DNA of 64,000 bases, from positions 70,284-134,283 of the forward strand of contig JAZSKX010000013.1 of assembly GCA_045535075.1 (NCBI GenBank). The letters are read 5' to 3'. The position numbers and the translations under genes are program-made. The notes below the pieces were generated by a model. That model worked only from the letters and a program-made list of their open reading frames with translations, did no database searches and was not told the origin of the DNA. Shown one piece after another: positions 63,401 through 64,000 of this stretch (position 1 is its first letter; every line of letters begins with the position of its first letter). The DNA comes from Candidatus Spyradenecus sp. Its GTDB lineage: Bacteria; Verrucomicrobiota; Verrucomicrobiia; Opitutales; UBA953.

Positions 63401-63637
63401 GTTTTCGTAAAGCGACGTTCCCGCATCTGCGGAAAGTACTGCCAAAGCGCGCTCAATTTCCGTCGACGTAATCCCGTCCGATGCGTAGCGTTCCCGCAAA
63501 TACGCCCGAAAATCGTCGCGCAAAAGCACGTCGCCCGAGTCGCGCACAATTTCGTTCCCGCAAACGTAATCATAGCCTTCCGCACGGAAAAGCTCTATTA
63601 TTGCCATTTCAAGCGTGTGTTCGTCAAAGTGCGCCAT
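60440..63637 (-). CDS. hsdR: Type I restriction-modification system endonuclease subunit R
   Basis: PDGIVFVNGLP...EFK nuclease motif; ATGCGKS, DR.DLD.QL, DEAH, GFTGTP, MWITGFD, QTISRVNR. Confidence 0.95.
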   Translation of the reverse strand: MAHFDEHTLEMAIIELFRAEGYDYVCGNEIVRDSGDVLLRDDFRAYLRERYASDGITSTEIERALAVLSADAGTSLYENNVKTYRLITEGFSLKRDDASRPNLYIEPIDFSGNGVSGNLFKIVNQFEIKGTETRVPDGIVFVNGLPMVVLEFKSAVREDATIYDAFRQLTVRYRRDIPELFKCNAFTVISDGVNNKYGSLFTPYDFFYAWNKAEPGEPAADGINSLKTMVRGLFRKERLLSVIKDFVFLPDSSKKELKVVCRYPQFFATHKLFANILAHSKMRAGGDGKGGTYFGATGCGKSYTMLFLTRMLMRSREFASPTVVLITDRTDLDTQLSEQFGNAKQFIGDECVVSVESRAKLRELLAGRTSGGVFLTTIHKFTEDTQLLSERANIVCISDEAHRSQTNLAQQVRREESGVRRSYGFAKYLHDSFPNATYVGFTGTPIDETIRVFGDVVDAYTMTESVADGITRRIVYEGRAARVMLDNAKLREIEEYYRMCEAEGTNPYQIESSKRAVTRMERILGDPDRLQAVAEDFIAHYENRLAEGATVKGKAMIVCANRTIAYDLYKKIIALRPEWAEVSSGGNAENMLSFGNAPLMAAESASHYGNAPQPCRKINLVMTRSKDDESALYDLLGSDEDRKNLDKLFKDPDSDFKIAIVVDMWITGFDAPCLDTMYIDKPLQMHTLVQTISRVNRVFPGKDKGLVVDYFGIKNSMDQALKKYASGEFVGDSVETAEKSVTLVKDELDILRRLFSKFDYSLFTTGTPLEQLDCLNRGAEFAQATKERETLFMGHAKKLKSAFNLCGGNEEISDTEREEIHYFCGVRAIIAKLSRGNSPDTEQMNRRVAAMIEEAIRSEGVEEIIQLGSGNETLDVLDADYMARLAKLPFPNTKIKLMERLLKTVISEFQKVNKMKGVDFSKRLNDLVARYNDRSDNAVLAEEVLSEVADRMAALLHEINTEKKSFKDLGISYEEKAFYDILKSIAKKFGFDYPEEKLVALAAEIKKIVDDKARYADWAQREDIKAALKMDLILILDAHGYPPVTNDEVFKEIFEQAENFKKYNG

Positions 63638-63692
63638 CGGATTGCGATTTTCACGAAAAGCCTCCGAAAACGCGAGAACAAAGGCGCAAAAA

Positions 63693-63985
63693 CCTCATTC
63701 CCGACGAATGGGGCGTCTCCTCCGGAGACGATGTGGGCGGGGGGCGTACTGTCCGTAGGTTGAGTGTGGGAACGTGTTTCAACCTTCGGTTATCCCATGG
63801 GAGTCCGCTACGCGGACAAAAACATACTCGACACTACCTCAATACCTGCGAAACAGATATACACAGGATAACCACAGGTGAAACACTCCGCGTTTTACCT
63901 GCAGACAGAACAATGGACCTGACCGTCTCCGAAGGAGACGCACATAGGATAACCGTAGGTTGAGAGCTCCGCTCGAAACCTACGG
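63693..63985. repeat. Cluster of REP-like palindromic repeats (three degenerate units plus short CGTCTCC/GGAGACG hairpins)
   Basis: GGATAACC..AGGT(T)GA...ACCT units at about 63753-63817 (minus), 63864-63904 and 63943-63985; CGTCTCC-N3-GGAGACG at 63714-63730 and 63924-63940. Confidence 0.7.
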
Positions 63986-64000
63986 GAAGTAAACCCAACC

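Noticed and set aside
63481..63963. 160-aa ORF on the + strand
   Set aside because: Overlaps the hsdR start in antisense and runs through the palindromic repeats; no protein-like features
63693..64000. Possible CRISPR array or integron attC sites
   Set aside because: Units are degenerate, of mixed orientation and irregularly spaced; no constant repeat-spacer period, no cassette ORFs, no cas or intI gene

Overview
Gene-dense bacterial chromosome segment, mostly housekeeping. PEP-CTERM proteins, coaE-rho linkage, an LpxL-heptosyltransferase fusion and scarce Shine-Dalgarno sites suggest Verrucomicrobiota, perhaps a gut Opitutales; this is inference. It holds about 40 CDS (including uvrD/pcrA, cysE, yggS, mnmA, pfp, eno, dnaE, rho, a PhoBR-like pair, dinG, fabV, nrdJ, clpP, prc, nspC, argJ, hsdR), one tRNA-Cys, a Pmp-like autotransporter and two PEP-CTERM genes. 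The main unexplained signal is a non-palindromic 9-mer, GCGGGAACG/CGTTCCCGC (core CGGGAACG). I counted 21 exact copies by hand in the first 10 kb, against about 0.1 expected. It is balanced between strands, sits inside genes in several frames, and is paired as the stem of several intrinsic terminators. This is how DNA uptake sequences behave, but the sequence matches no DUS/USS, HIP1 or Chi I know. Other highlights: a poly-G tract in the promoter spacer of a PEP-CTERM gene (candidate phase variation), a QueH-Sua5 fusion, a Bacteroidales-like DnaE, a frameshifted tandem AAA ATPase and a REP-like palindrome cluster upstream of hsdR.
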